64,000 nucleotides of DNA from the NCBI GenBank assembly GCA_902599315.1, contig CACKEY010000001.1, forward strand, positions 173,328 through 237,327, in the 5' to 3' direction. Of the stretch, positions 1 through 9,515 are shown in pieces (position 1 is the first letter of the stretch; each line of letters opens with the position of its first letter). The DNA comes from an uncultured SAR86 cluster bacterium. GTDB taxonomy: Bacteria; Pseudomonadota; Gammaproteobacteria; Magnimaribacterales; D2472. A model generated the notes under the pieces. The model made no database searches. It was given only the letters and a program-made list of their open reading frames with translations, and was not told where the DNA came from. A program made the translations under genes and the position numbers.

Positions 1-50
1 AGGGCATCAAAACATCTAAAATTGCGAAGCTCGATTCTGGAGAAAGCCAC
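1..50 (-). CDS. recF: RecF N-terminal fragment (runs off the window)
   Basis: Hand translation of the minus strand from GTG (50-48) gives MAFSRIELRNFRCFDA, which fits the RecF N-terminal L-x-NFRN pattern. It starts 3 nt after the dnaN stop, in the canonical dnaA-dnaN-recF order. It is too short to appear in the ORF track. Confidence 0.55.
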   Translation of the reverse strand, partial: MAFSRIELRNFRCFDA

Positions 51-53
51 TAC

Positions 54-1151
54 CTATATTAGGAGTGGCATAACAACATATTTAGGGCTATCGCTACTTG
101 GCGGTGTTAGCAGGCAGCTTTTATCAGATCCAAAGAAATTTATATTGCATGTATCTGTTTGCATGTGCGACATGATTTCTTGGAGATAGGTAACATTGAA
201 AGCTATATCTAAATCTTCACCCTTGTATAAAGCTGGGAAGAATTCTTCTGCCTCTTCTTGCTCTGGATTATTAGCTGAAATTCTTACTCCATCTGATGAA
301 GTAATTAATCTAACGCCTTTATATTTTTCACTAGATAAAACAGAGACTCTACTGAGAGTTTCTGAAAATTCCTTAACGTTAATTTCTAACATGGAGCTCT
401 CGCCAGACGGAATAACCTGTTGGTAATCTGGAAACTTTCCATCAATTAATTTACTTTTAAAAATTAGATTTCCAACCAAAAGTTCTAACGAGGAATCATT
501 AATTTTGAGCTCCGCATCACCAGGTTGATCAGAAAGAAATTTGGCCATCTCATTTATAGATTTTCTTGGAATAATGCCTGAAAACGAGTGATCAGAATTT
601 ATAGCAATATTAGCTACTGCCAATCTATGAGCATCAGTTGAAACAGCAGTGATTTGTCTATCGCCAATTGAAATAAAAAGACCATTTAAATAATGTCGCC
701 AATCTTGGTTTCCCATTGCAAAAGATGTATTTTTTATAAGTTCTTGTAGGTCTTTGGCAGGAATTACTAAAGGGTTATCACCGGGATCAATATCAAAAAT
801 AGGAAAGTCTGCACTGGGGAGAGTTGATAGTGAGTACTTACCATTTTTTGTTTTAATATTCAATTTTTCAGATTTTAATGACAAACTAATTTCCTCTCCG
901 TCAGGAATTAATCTGCAAAGCTCGTTTAATTTCTTAGCAGATGTTGTTATTTTTCCAACCGATTCCATGCCTAGTATTGAACCCGTGGTAGTAACCTCTG
1001 ATTCTAAATCTGTGGCTGTTAATTTAAATGAATTTTCGTCGACTTCAAATAGCACATTAGCAAGGATCGGGAGCGTCTGTCTTTTTTCTACAACCCCTAA
1101 TGTAATGTTAAGGGCCGATACAATATCCTCTTTTTTTAGGGTTATTTCCAT
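54..1151 (-). CDS. dnaN: DNA polymerase III beta sliding clamp
   Basis: 365-aa ORF of typical clamp length with a DnaN-like N-terminus (ILANVLFEV...). It lies directly downstream of dnaA with a 0-nt gap. Confidence 0.95.
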   Translation of the reverse strand: MEITLKKEDIVSALNITLGVVEKRQTLPILANVLFEVDENSFKLTATDLESEVTTTGSILGMESVGKITTSAKKLNELCRLIPDGEEISLSLKSEKLNIKTKNGKYSLSTLPSADFPIFDIDPGDNPLVIPAKDLQELIKNTSFAMGNQDWRHYLNGLFISIGDRQITAVSTDAHRLAVANIAINSDHSFSGIIPRKSINEMAKFLSDQPGDAELKINDSSLELLVGNLIFKSKLIDGKFPDYQQVIPSGESSMLEINVKEFSETLSRVSVLSSEKYKGVRLITSSDGVRISANNPEQEEAEEFFPALYKGEDLDIAFNVTYLQEIMSHMQTDTCNINFFGSDKSCLLTPPSSDSPKYVVMPLLI

Positions 1152-2441
1152 TTAGTTTGTAAGTGCCCTATTTAAATTTCTATAGTCTTCTTCAAGGGAT
1201 GGAATTTCTTTTCTTAATTCTTTTATTTTGCTACACGCATGGAGAACGGTCGTATGATCTCTTCCATTAAAAGCCTCTCCTATTTCAGGTAGGCTGTGGT
1301 TGGTTAATGACTTTGTAAGGGCCATGGCTAATTGTCTTGGGCGGGTTATTGAGCGGCTTCTTCTTTTGGAAAGAAGATCGGATAATTTGATGTTGTAATA
1401 CTCGGCAACAGTCTTTTGTATATTGTCAATGCTTACCATCTTCGCTGATATGACAAACAAATCTTTTAATGCATCTTTCACAAAAGGTACGTCTATCTCT
1501 TGATCAGTAAACCTTGAGTTTGCAACAACCCTTTTAAGAGCTCCCTCTAACTCTCTTATATTAGATCTAATTCTTTGTGCAATATAAATAGCACAATCAT
1601 CTGGAAGCTCGACCCCCATAGAATTAGCCTTGCTAAGAAGCACTGCTGCACGAGTTTCAAGCTCAGGAGGCTCTATAATTACAGGTAAACCCCATCCAAG
1701 CCTTGATTTTAAGCGCTCTTCGAGACCATCTATCTCCTTGGGGTATTTATCACATGTAAGTATCATCTGATGATTTCTGTCTAAAAGAGTGTTAAAAGTA
1801 TGAAAAAACTCCTCTTGTGACTGTTCTTTGCCGGCAAAAAACTGAATATCATCAATTAATAAAGCGTCAGCGTTCCTATAAAATTCTTTAAACTCGCTCA
1901 TAGCGCCTAATTGCAGGGCTTTTACCATGTCTGCTACAAACTTTTCTGAATGAACATACACTATTCTTTTTGAGGTGTCTGCGCTGAGAATTTCGTTTCC
2001 GACAGCATGCATAAGATGTGTTTTTCCTAACCCAACCCCGCCGTATATGAACAGGGGGTTATAATCACCCTTAGGGTTTGCTGCCACCTGTTTTGCTGCA
2101 GCAAGGGCCATATGGTTGGATTTTCCCTCTACGAAACTACTAAATGTAAAATTTTTAACAAGGGAAGGTTTGCTTTCTTCTGAAACATTGAGTTTGTCAA
2201 CAAATGTTGACTTATCTAATGTTTTAAATTTTACAACCAGTGATTCGTTAGATTTATTAACCAGGTTTTCTATTATTTGCCCGAGATTTTCTTGAACATA
2301 ATTTAATACAAAGTCATTGGGAGCACTTATTTCTAAATTATTTTCGTTAATATCTGCTTTTAGAGGCTTAATCCAAGTGTTAAACTCTTCTTGAGATAGC
2401 TTGGCTTCAAGCTTTTCAGTACATTCAGACCAAAATTTCAA
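1152..2441 (-). CDS. dnaA: Chromosomal replication initiator DnaA
   Basis: 429-aa ORF with a TTG start. It has the AAA+ Walker A motif [13 protein letters not shown] and a C-terminal DNA-binding region ([10 protein letters not shown]). Confidence 0.97.
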   Translation of the reverse strand: MKFWSECTEKLEAKLSQEEFNTWIKPLKADINENNLEISAPNDFVLNYVQENLGQIIENLVNKSNESLVVKFKTLDKSTFVDKLNVSEESKPSLVKNFTFSSFVEGKSNHMALAAAKQVAANPKGDYNPLFIYGGVGLGKTHLMHAVGNEILSADTSKRIVYVHSEKFVADMVKALQLGAMSEFKEFYRNADALLIDDIQFFAGKEQSQEEFFHTFNTLLDRNHQMILTCDKYPKEIDGLEERLKSRLGWGLPVIIEPPELETRAAVLLSKANSMGVELPDDCAIYIAQRIRSNIRELEGALKRVVANSRFTDQEIDVPFVKDALKDLFVISAKMVSIDNIQKTVAEYYNIKLSDLLSKRRSRSITRPRQLAMALTKSLTNHSLPEIGEAFNGRDHTTVLHACSKIKELRKEIPSLEEDYRNLNRALTN

Positions 2442-2518
2442 TTTTTATATGCCTCCAGTAGAAAAGTTAGTCTAACAAAAACTAACAAGATATCTACAGC
2501 ATAACCATATGTATTTTC

Positions 2519-2527
2519 TGTGGATAA
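2519..2527 (-). promoter_or_regulatory. Perfect consensus DnaA box (TTATCCACA on the minus strand) in the dnaA-rpmH divergent intergenic region
   Basis: The plus strand reads TGTGGATAA at 2519-2527, about 80 nt upstream of the dnaA start. The position suits dnaA autoregulation or an origin element. Confidence 0.6.
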
Positions 2528-2618
2528 CTTGTTAGCATGTAATGTATCTAATTTTTGTTGTTTTTTCTTTCATTTCATACCCAATACTATATAATTTTTG
2601 GCTTAATTTTGAGTAACT

Positions 2619-2753
2619 ATGAAAAGAACATTTCAACCCAGCACACTGAAACGAAAAAGGGCTCATGGCTTTAGAGCGAGAATGGCAACCAAAGCAGGAA
2701 GGGCTGTAATTGCAAACCGAAGAAAAAAAGGTCGCAAGGTTTTAACCGCTTAA
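2619..2753 (+). CDS. rpmH: 50S ribosomal protein L34
   Basis: Hand-found 44-codon ORF, below the ORF-track cutoff: [44 protein letters not shown]. This is the near-universal L34 sequence, and rnpA follows it. Confidence 0.95.
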   Translation: MKRTFQPSTLKRKRAHGFRARMATKAGRAVIANRRKKGRKVLTA

Positions 2754-2847
2754 TTATTTAGGCTTCACTATTTCAAAAAAAATCTATCACTCAAACTTTG
2801 CATCAATTTTTTATGATGAAAGCTCGCCTAACGTAAAGCTTAGGATA

Positions 2848-3048
2848 GTGGTTAAAAAGAAAGACTATTCTTTGGCGGTACATCGGAATAAAATTAAGCG
2901 TTGGATTAGAGAAATTTTTCATCATAGTGGTCTCAATGGAGGATATGTTGTGGTTGTCAGATTTGGTTTTTTAGAAATGGGTTATAGAGATGTTTTTAAC
3001 GAATTTAATCCTGTCCTAGAAAAGTTTGCCAGTAAAAAGAGGGTTTAA
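2848..3048 (+). CDS. rnpA: RNase P protein component (the true start is probably upstream of the first canonical start codon)
   Basis: The RnpA RNR-motif region AVHRNKIKRWIREIF is present. The same frame is open back to 2746 and encodes more RnpA-like sequence (FTISKKIYHSNFASIFYDESSPNVKLRIVVKKK) with no ATG/GTG/TTG. GTG at 2848 is the first canonical start. Confidence 0.8.
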   Translation: MVKKKDYSLAVHRNKIKRWIREIFHHSGLNGGYVVVVRFGFLEMGYRDVFNEFNPVLEKFASKKRV

Positions 3049-3050
3049 AT

Positions 3051-3263
3051 TTGAAAAACTTTTTTATATCTATGATTAACTTTTATCAAAAATATTTAAG
3101 TTTTTTATTCGGCAAAAATTGTAGGTTTGAGCCAACATGTTCGCAATATGCAAAAGAAAGTATTGAGGCCCATGGTGTTATTGTTGGTGGTTTCAATTCT
3201 TTAATAAGGATTTTAAAATGTGGGCCATGGTCAGCTGGCGGTATTGATGAGGTAAAAAAATGA
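3051..3263 (+). CDS. yidD: Membrane protein insertion efficiency factor YidD
   Basis: 70-aa ORF with the YidD motif CRFEPTCSQYAKESIEAHG. It sits between rnpA and yidC and overlaps the yidC start by 4 nt. An alternative start is ATG at 3072. Confidence 0.85.
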   Translation: MKNFFISMINFYQKYLSFLFGKNCRFEPTCSQYAKESIEAHGVIVGGFNSLIRILKCGPWSAGGIDEVKK

Positions 3264-4831
3264 ATTGGAGATATTTTTATATAGCTTCGGTGGTTGCTTT
3301 ATCGTATGTTTTGTTTTTATCCTGGAATGCCGAAAAAGAAATCAAACAAGAGGTTGCAGAGGCAACCGCCATAGATATAAATAAAAGTCGGCAAGTTCTC
3401 CCCCCTGGAGAAACAGAAGATTTAATTGAAATACAAAACAGCAAATTAATTGTAAAGATAAGCCCTGTCACAGGAAAAATTTGGGAAGCAAGGCTTAAAG
3501 AACATACCTACCTTAACAACGATGACTCTCTGGGTGTAAGGTTGTTTGGTTTTGATAATGCCGCTGGATTTAAGTTTTATCTTAATAGTGGTTTTGCTTC
3601 TGAGGATCAAAGCTTTGAAACTGTAAATGTGCAACCCTCATCAGTTGAGCTTGCGTCTGCTGATGGCAAAATTAATAAAAATATTGCTCTTAAGGCCGAT
3701 GATTATGAGTTATTAATAAAGGATGTTTGGGTTGGAGATCTTCCTGTTGACCTGCCGGCTCCATACATTGCAATGTATAGAACAGGTGGAAGGGCGCTAG
3801 ATGCAAGGGATAATTTTTTTGAGAACAGCTCCTACACAGGGGTCGCTTTTAATACGCCTGATGAGCCGTATGCAAATAGTAGGCTTAGGTCTATTGACGA
3901 AAGAATAGAATATTTTCAACGGGGTGGCTGGGTTGCCTTTATACAAAAATATTTTATGGCGGCAATTTTAACCCCCTCAGACAGGGTCCAGGCATTGATT
4001 GCGCTTCCTCCGACCTCTGGCTCTGATACATATGTAATGGGGGCTATGTCTAGGGAGGTAAAAGCAAGCGATCTCATGTCTGGTGTAGATCATAGGGTTT
4101 TTATTGGGCCTAAAATTCGTTCTGATTTGATGAGTCGAGCGTCTGATTTAGAACTAACAATTGATATGGGTTGGTTTTGGTTTTTGGCTCAACCCCTGAT
4201 GATGCTGTTAAGCATGATCAATGCTTTTGTTGGTAACTGGGGTGTCTCAATTTTACTTTTGACAGTTTTGGTTAAGTTGCTGCTTTGGCCTATTTCCGCC
4301 AAGGGTTTTTCCAGTATGGCTAAAATGAGAACAGCGCAGCCGAAATTAAAAGAAATACAAGAGAGGTATAAAGACGATAGGACAAAGCTGGGGACAGAGA
4401 TGATGGCACTATATAAAAAAGAGGGCATAAACCCAGCCGGTGGTTGTTTTCCACTTTTTCTTCAAATGCCAGTTTTTATAGCTTTCTTTTTTTGTTTAAG
4501 AGAGAGTGTTGAGCTGAGACATGAATCATTCTTTTTTTGGATACAAGACTTGTCTGCGCCTGATCCATTTTTCATTCTTCCGGTTGTGTTTGCGGCCCTT
4601 ATGTATCTAACTCAACAACTTAACCCTCAGCCACCAGGTATGGATCCAACACAGGCACAAATTATGAAATTTATGCCGGTGATGATCGCCGTTATTTTTG
4701 TGATTATGCCGGCAGGTCTTGTTTTGTACTCTGTTGCAAACAGCGCGATATCTCTTGTTCAACAAAGAACGATGTATAAAAAATATGGCGCATCTGTTAA
4801 TGGGTCAGATGGATCTGGTGGTGGTGGTTAG
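3260..4831 (+). CDS. yidC: Membrane protein insertase YidC
   Basis: 523 aa with an N-terminal TM helix, a large periplasmic domain and the conserved C-terminal 60-kDa IMP core (WGVSILLLTVLVKLLLWPIS...GGCFPLFLQMPVFIAFF). Confidence 0.95.
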   Translation: MNWRYFYIASVVALSYVLFLSWNAEKEIKQEVAEATAIDINKSRQVLPPGETEDLIEIQNSKLIVKISPVTGKIWEARLKEHTYLNNDDSLGVRLFGFDNAAGFKFYLNSGFASEDQSFETVNVQPSSVELASADGKINKNIALKADDYELLIKDVWVGDLPVDLPAPYIAMYRTGGRALDARDNFFENSSYTGVAFNTPDEPYANSRLRSIDERIEYFQRGGWVAFIQKYFMAAILTPSDRVQALIALPPTSGSDTYVMGAMSREVKASDLMSGVDHRVFIGPKIRSDLMSRASDLELTIDMGWFWFLAQPLMMLLSMINAFVGNWGVSILLLTVLVKLLLWPISAKGFSSMAKMRTAQPKLKEIQERYKDDRTKLGTEMMALYKKEGINPAGGCFPLFLQMPVFIAFFFCLRESVELRHESFFFWIQDLSAPDPFFILPVVFAALMYLTQQLNPQPPGMDPTQAQIMKFMPVMIAVIFVIMPAGLVLYSVANSAISLVQQRTMYKKYGASVNGSDGSGGGG

Positions 4832-4842
4832 GGGTTTGTGTT

Positions 4843-6150
4843 TTGATTTTTGCATTAGCAACTCCCGTAGCTCAATCCGCAATTGCTGTGTTTCGAATAT
4901 CTGGTGAGGGTTGTTGTCAAAAATTTAATAGTGTTATTAATAAACCCATCTTAAATTTCCGGGAGGTTTTTTTAAGAGATGTTGTTTGGGAGGGGGTTTT
5001 GGTTGATAGGTGTTCTATTGTTTACTACTCAAGCCCAAGCAGTTATACAGGCGAAGACTCTATAGAGGTTTTTTGTCATGGCGGCCTCTCGGTTATAAAG
5101 TCATTAACTGAAGTTTTTTTATCATTGGGTTTTAGGGAGGCCAACCCTGGGGAATTTTCAAGGATTGCGTTTGAAAACGGTAAGCTTTCTTTAAATGAGG
5201 CTGAGGCTGTTGTTGATTTGATTAATTCAGAAGACGCCGAAAGAAGCCAGCTTTCCTCAGAGGCTGTGGCTGGCAAATTAAGTGATGTGGTTCAGGCGCT
5301 TGGTAAAGAGGTTGATGCCTTAAGGGTTTTTATTGAAGGAAGTATTGATTTTTCAGATGAAGATCATGATTTTATTGTCGCGGGAAACATTGAAGAAAGG
5401 CTGGTTAAAATAAAATTTTCTTTGGCTGATTTAATAGATAGCTCATTGGTTTCAAGTAAAAAACTATCAAAAAATAGGGTTTTGTTTTTTGGCCCCCCTA
5501 ATACAGGTAAATCATCTTTGTTTAATCGTATGCTTGGTTTTGACAGGGCTTTAGTTTCAAACATTCCTGGGACAACAAGAGATCTAATTGACTCTGAGGT
5601 TTTTTATAACAGTGTAAATATGGAGTTGGTAGATTCGGCGGGTGTTCGGGAAACGGATGATTTGATCGAGAGAAGCGGTGTTGCGCTTTCTGGTGATGAG
5701 GTTAAAAATTCTAATTTAATTCTTGTAATTTTAGATCATGATACAGAGGAGCTGTTACCAAGTTTTAAATCTAGGTTGTCTGATAAAAAACACCTGATTG
5801 TTTTTAACAAATCTGATAAGCAGCATCCAAAAAGTTGTTGTGACTGTGTTGTTTCTGCAAAGTCAGGTGATGGTGTGCGGGAGTTAAAAAAGAAAATTTT
5901 TGAATTTATACAAGAGGATAAAGATATTACAAAAAAAACATTTATTATCAGGGAACGACACCTTAAATGTTTTAGCTCAGCTTTATCAAGCCTAAATGCC
6001 TGTATTGAGAAAATTTCTAATGAGCGTGATATTGATGTTGCGGCAGAGGATTTGAGATTGGTGAGATCCTCCTTTGATGAATTTTTGGGTATCAAGCATT
6101 CTGATGATTTGCTTGGTGATATTTTTAAAGATTTCTGCATAGGGAAGTAG
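4843..6150 (+). CDS. mnmE: tRNA modification GTPase MnmE
   Basis: 435 aa with a TTG start, the G1 motif GPPNTGKSSLFN and the C-terminal CIGK motif. Confidence 0.95.
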   Translation: MIFALATPVAQSAIAVFRISGEGCCQKFNSVINKPILNFREVFLRDVVWEGVLVDRCSIVYYSSPSSYTGEDSIEVFCHGGLSVIKSLTEVFLSLGFREANPGEFSRIAFENGKLSLNEAEAVVDLINSEDAERSQLSSEAVAGKLSDVVQALGKEVDALRVFIEGSIDFSDEDHDFIVAGNIEERLVKIKFSLADLIDSSLVSSKKLSKNRVLFFGPPNTGKSSLFNRMLGFDRALVSNIPGTTRDLIDSEVFYNSVNMELVDSAGVRETDDLIERSGVALSGDEVKNSNLILVILDHDTEELLPSFKSRLSDKKHLIVFNKSDKQHPKSCCDCVVSAKSGDGVRELKKKIFEFIQEDKDITKKTFIIRERHLKCFSSALSSLNACIEKISNERDIDVAAEDLRLVRSSFDEFLGIKHSDDLLGDIFKDFCIGK

Positions 6151-6156
6151 ATAAAA

Positions 6157-6298
6157 TGTGGGTAATTTGTGATTAGTTTTTATTTTATTTTTATCCACAT
6201 CTTATTTAGTAGAAAACTACAATTTATGGTGATGGGTTTACATAACTTACTAGGTTCAGTTAGTCTTTTATATAAGGGGCTTATTAGTTTTATGCACA
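6157..6298. other. DnaA-box cluster and candidate oriC in the mnmE-mnmG intergenic region
   Basis: One perfect TTATCCACA at 6191-6199. Two one-mismatch boxes: TGTGGGTAA at 6157-6165 (opposite orientation) and TTATGCACA at 6290-6298. An AT-only tract at 6171-6190 lies just 5' of the perfect box. Confidence 0.45.
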
Positions 6299-6356
6299 AA
6301 AAAAACGCCTCTAACAATAACAACAATAATATATTGTTGTTATAACATTCTTATAT

Positions 6357-8174
6357 ATGTTTGATGTAATAGTAATAGGCGGTGGGCATGCTGGTGTTGA
6401 AGCGGCGCATGCTGTTTTTAGGCAGGGGCTTAAATGTTGTCTTGTCACCTTTAAAAAAGATGCTATTGGTCAGATGTCCTGCAATCCAGCTATAGGTGGT
6501 TTGGGAAAATCACATTTAGTTAGAGAGGTCGATGCCTTAGGGGGTATTATGGCGCAAGCTACAGACCAATCTGGCATTCAGTCGAGAACTCTAAATACAA
6601 GAAAGGGTTTTGCCGTACAAGCACTTCGAGTGCAATGCGACAGAGATAAATACAAAAAAGCAATTCAAGATGCTTTGTATAAGACAACCATTGATATTAA
6701 GGAAGGAGAGGTAGTTGACATTCTTCTTCACAATGAAACGATTAAAGGCGTTGTGTTGAAAAATGGCGAGAAAATAGAATCACTAAAGACCATTCTAACA
6801 ACAGGAACTTTTCTTAATGGGATCATGTATAAAGGCGAAGAGGTTACTCTAGGTGGGCGCGCCGGCGATGATTCATCTGTTCCGCTATCCAAAAAACTCT
6901 ATGATCTGAAACTACCGATGGGAAGGTTGAAAACAGGAACCCCCGCAAGAATCAAACTATCCAGTATTGATCTTAGTGTTATGGATGAACAACCGGGAGA
7001 TCCAAATCCGCCCTCTATGTCAGTTTTGCAACCCCCAGCAAAAACGCTCCCACAAATATCTTGCTATATCACCAGAACAAACAAAAAAACACATCAAATA
7101 ATTTCAAACAATACACACTTATCTGCCATGTATTCAGGAAAAATATCAGGAATAGGACCCCGATATTGCCCATCAATAGAAGATAAAATTAACAGGTTTA
7201 GCGAAAAAGATAGCCATCAAATATTTATAGAACCAGAAGGCCTAGATAAAGATTTAGTTTATCCAAATGGTATTTCAACAAGCTTGCCAAGCGCTGCTCA
7301 GAAAGATTTTGTAGAGTCAATAAATGGGCTTGAAAACTCAGAAATAGAAGAATTTGGTTATGCTGTTGAATATGATTTTATTGATCCAAGATCACTAAAC
7401 CCAACCTTAGAAACAAAGTTTATAGAGAGTTTTTATCTCGCAGGTCAAATTAATGGAACAACGGGTTATGAGGAGGCTGCGGCCCAGGGCTTAATTGCTG
7501 GTATAAACGCAGGCCAATCAATTTTAAAAAAACCTGAGGTCATATTCGACAGAAGCGAAGCATATATAGGTGTGTTAATAGACGACCTAACACTTAACGG
7601 AGTTACAGAACCATATAGAATGTTTACCAGCCGAGCAGAGTATCGACTCATGCTATCTCAAGATACAGCATGCCAAAGACTCACCAAAAAAGGCCGCTCT
7701 CTAGGTCTTATAAGTGATGAAGCTTTTCAATCCTTCATAGAGCTAGAAAATAAATATCAAGCATTTTTAAACCAAATAAAAAAACAAAAAGTTAACATAA
7801 ACGACAAACTAGCTTCGGGTGGCGACCTTCTAAAAAGAACCGACATTGATACAACAGAGTTAAAAAAAGTATTAAAGATTTCAAAAAAAGAAGAAAAGTT
7901 TTTCAACAGAGCATCAAACGAAATTAAATATAAGGGCTATATAGCAAAACAACAAAGAGAGGTAGAGGGCTCCAAAAAAAATGAAAAAACAAGAATACCG
8001 AAAGAAATAGATTATTCGCTTATAAAGGGTCTATCAAACGAAGTGATTGAAAAATTAAACAAACACAAACCAATATCTCTTGGGCAAGCTAGCAGGCTGG
8101 AGGGAATCACACCTGCAGCCATAAATCTACTTGCCATAACAATTAAAAAAAACCAATTACTAGAAAAGGCATAG
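6357..8174 (+). CDS. mnmG: tRNA uridine 5-carboxymethylaminomethyl modification enzyme MnmG (GidA)
   Basis: 605 aa with the N-terminal FAD-binding motif [14 protein letters not shown] and GidA-family length and sequence. Confidence 0.97.
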   Translation: MFDVIVIGGGHAGVEAAHAVFRQGLKCCLVTFKKDAIGQMSCNPAIGGLGKSHLVREVDALGGIMAQATDQSGIQSRTLNTRKGFAVQALRVQCDRDKYKKAIQDALYKTTIDIKEGEVVDILLHNETIKGVVLKNGEKIESLKTILTTGTFLNGIMYKGEEVTLGGRAGDDSSVPLSKKLYDLKLPMGRLKTGTPARIKLSSIDLSVMDEQPGDPNPPSMSVLQPPAKTLPQISCYITRTNKKTHQIISNNTHLSAMYSGKISGIGPRYCPSIEDKINRFSEKDSHQIFIEPEGLDKDLVYPNGISTSLPSAAQKDFVESINGLENSEIEEFGYAVEYDFIDPRSLNPTLETKFIESFYLAGQINGTTGYEEAAAQGLIAGINAGQSILKKPEVIFDRSEAYIGVLIDDLTLNGVTEPYRMFTSRAEYRLMLSQDTACQRLTKKGRSLGLISDEAFQSFIELENKYQAFLNQIKKQKVNINDKLASGGDLLKRTDIDTTELKKVLKISKKEEKFFNRASNEIKYKGYIAKQQREVEGSKKNEKTRIPKEIDYSLIKGLSNEVIEKLNKHKPISLGQASRLEGITPAAINLLAITIKKNQLLEKA

Positions 8175-8256
8175 CTCAATCAAAAAACACGACCAACAAC
8201 ACAACCTCATAGAAATCTATGTAGAGGAAATACTAAAATTCAACAAAGCTCACAAT

Positions 8257-8763
8257 TTGGTTGGCCGACACACGAAAGAAGAAATCTATTCACAAGACAT
8301 CCTTGATTGTCAGATGGTTCTAAAACATATACCACCAGAAAAAAAAATACTTGATATTGGAAGCGGAGCCGGGCTCCCAGGCTTGCTTATAGCAATTCTG
8401 CAGCCCCGATCACACATAACAATGTCAGAAAAAAATCAAAAAAAAGCATATTTTATAAAAAAAACAATTCAAACGCTTGGGCTCTCTAACGCTAAAATCA
8501 AAAACAAAGCCATAAGGCCTAACACAACAACAAAAAAACTCTTTGATATTATTACAGCAAGAGCCCTAGCACCAACACCAAAAATAATTAACTGGTCAGA
8601 ACATTTGCTAGCAAAAAATGGTAAATACGTTCTTATGAAGGGAACAATAGAAAAAACAAAAGAAGAGGTTGCTCAGTTGGATAATAATACATACTCTTAC
8701 AATATCCATAAAACAAACATTAAAGACAAGCAGAGGCACATTTTAGAGATAACCAAAAAATGA
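8257..8763 (+). CDS. rsmG: 16S rRNA m7G527 methyltransferase RsmG (the true start is probably upstream)
   Basis: SAM motif ILDIGSGAGLPGL. The frame is open from 8164 and encodes RsmG-like N-terminal residues (HNLIEIYVEEILKFNKAHNL) before the first canonical start, TTG at 8257. Confidence 0.85.
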   Translation: MVGRHTKEEIYSQDILDCQMVLKHIPPEKKILDIGSGAGLPGLLIAILQPRSHITMSEKNQKKAYFIKKTIQTLGLSNAKIKNKAIRPNTTTKKLFDIITARALAPTPKIINWSEHLLAKNGKYVLMKGTIEKTKEEVAQLDNNTYSYNIHKTNIKDKQRHILEITKK

Positions 8764-9515
8764 AACACATTATCGCTATTGCCAATCAAAAAGGAGGAGT
8801 TGGAAAAACAACCACAGCAGTTAACCTTGCCGCAGCCCTCGCGGCGACTAAGCGCAAAGTTCTTTTAATTGACTTAGACCCCCAAGGAAATGCAAGCACA
8901 GCCGCGGGAGTGCCCAAAAATGAGAAAACCCTATATAAGATCTACTATGAAGACCTAAATATAGTAGAGCACATATCAAAGTCACCTAGTGGATATGACG
9001 TCATACCGGGGGGTGAGAATTTAATAGCGTTGGAGGTTTATATCAGAAGCGACAACAAACAAGGTGAACTAAAAAAACAATTAGACCCCCTAGAGTATGA
9101 GTTTATAATAATGGATACACCGCCGTCTTTAAATCAACTAACACTAGAGTCTCTTTTTGCCGCGACAGCGACACTTATACCCCTCCAATGTGAATATTAT
9201 TCCTTAGAAGGCATCTCATCTCTAATAAACACAATAAATATTCTCAAAAACAAAAACCTTACAAACAATAAGGTTTTTGGAATTGTCAGAACAATGGTTG
9301 ATATGAGAAACAATCTAGCAAAAGAGGTGTCTGAAGAGCTCGAAAAACATTTCCCATCCTTGGTTTTTAACACACTCATTCCAAGAAATGTTAAATTAGC
9401 AGAAGCGCCTAGCCATGGAACTTCGGCAATTCAATACATGCCGTCGTCATTTGGCGCAAAAGCTTATTTAGCTCTAGCTGGTGAACTTATCAGGAGAATT
9501 GAAGTTGGTGGATAA
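8760..9515 (+). CDS. parA: Chromosome partitioning ATPase ParA (Soj)
   Basis: 251 aa with the deviant Walker A motif NQKGGVGKTTTAVNLA. Its start overlaps the rsmG stop by 4 nt. Confidence 0.93.
   Translation: MKHIIAIANQKGGVGKTTTAVNLAAALAATKRKVLLIDLDPQGNASTAAGVPKNEKTLYKIYYEDLNIVEHISKSPSGYDVIPGGENLIALEVYIRSDNKQGELKKQLDPLEYEFIIMDTPPSLNQLTLESLFAATATLIPLQCEYYSLEGISSLINTINILKNKNLTNNKVFGIVRTMVDMRNNLAKEVSEELEKHFPSLVFNTLIPRNVKLAEAPSHGTSAIQYMPSSFGAKAYLALAGELIRRIEVGG

Noticed and set aside
754-1155. 133-aa plus-strand ORF antisense to dnaN. Similar shadow ORFs lie at 5736-6140, 9891-10235, 13357-13665, 14204-14515, 14624-14959, 17780-18211, 18231-18533, 42874-43269 and 43808-44149.
   Set aside because: All lie entirely inside strongly supported genes on the opposite strand or in another frame. 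They have low-complexity, Ser/Leu/Phe/Lys-biased translations and no recognisable motifs. Long spurious antisense ORFs of this kind are unsurprising opposite real genes.
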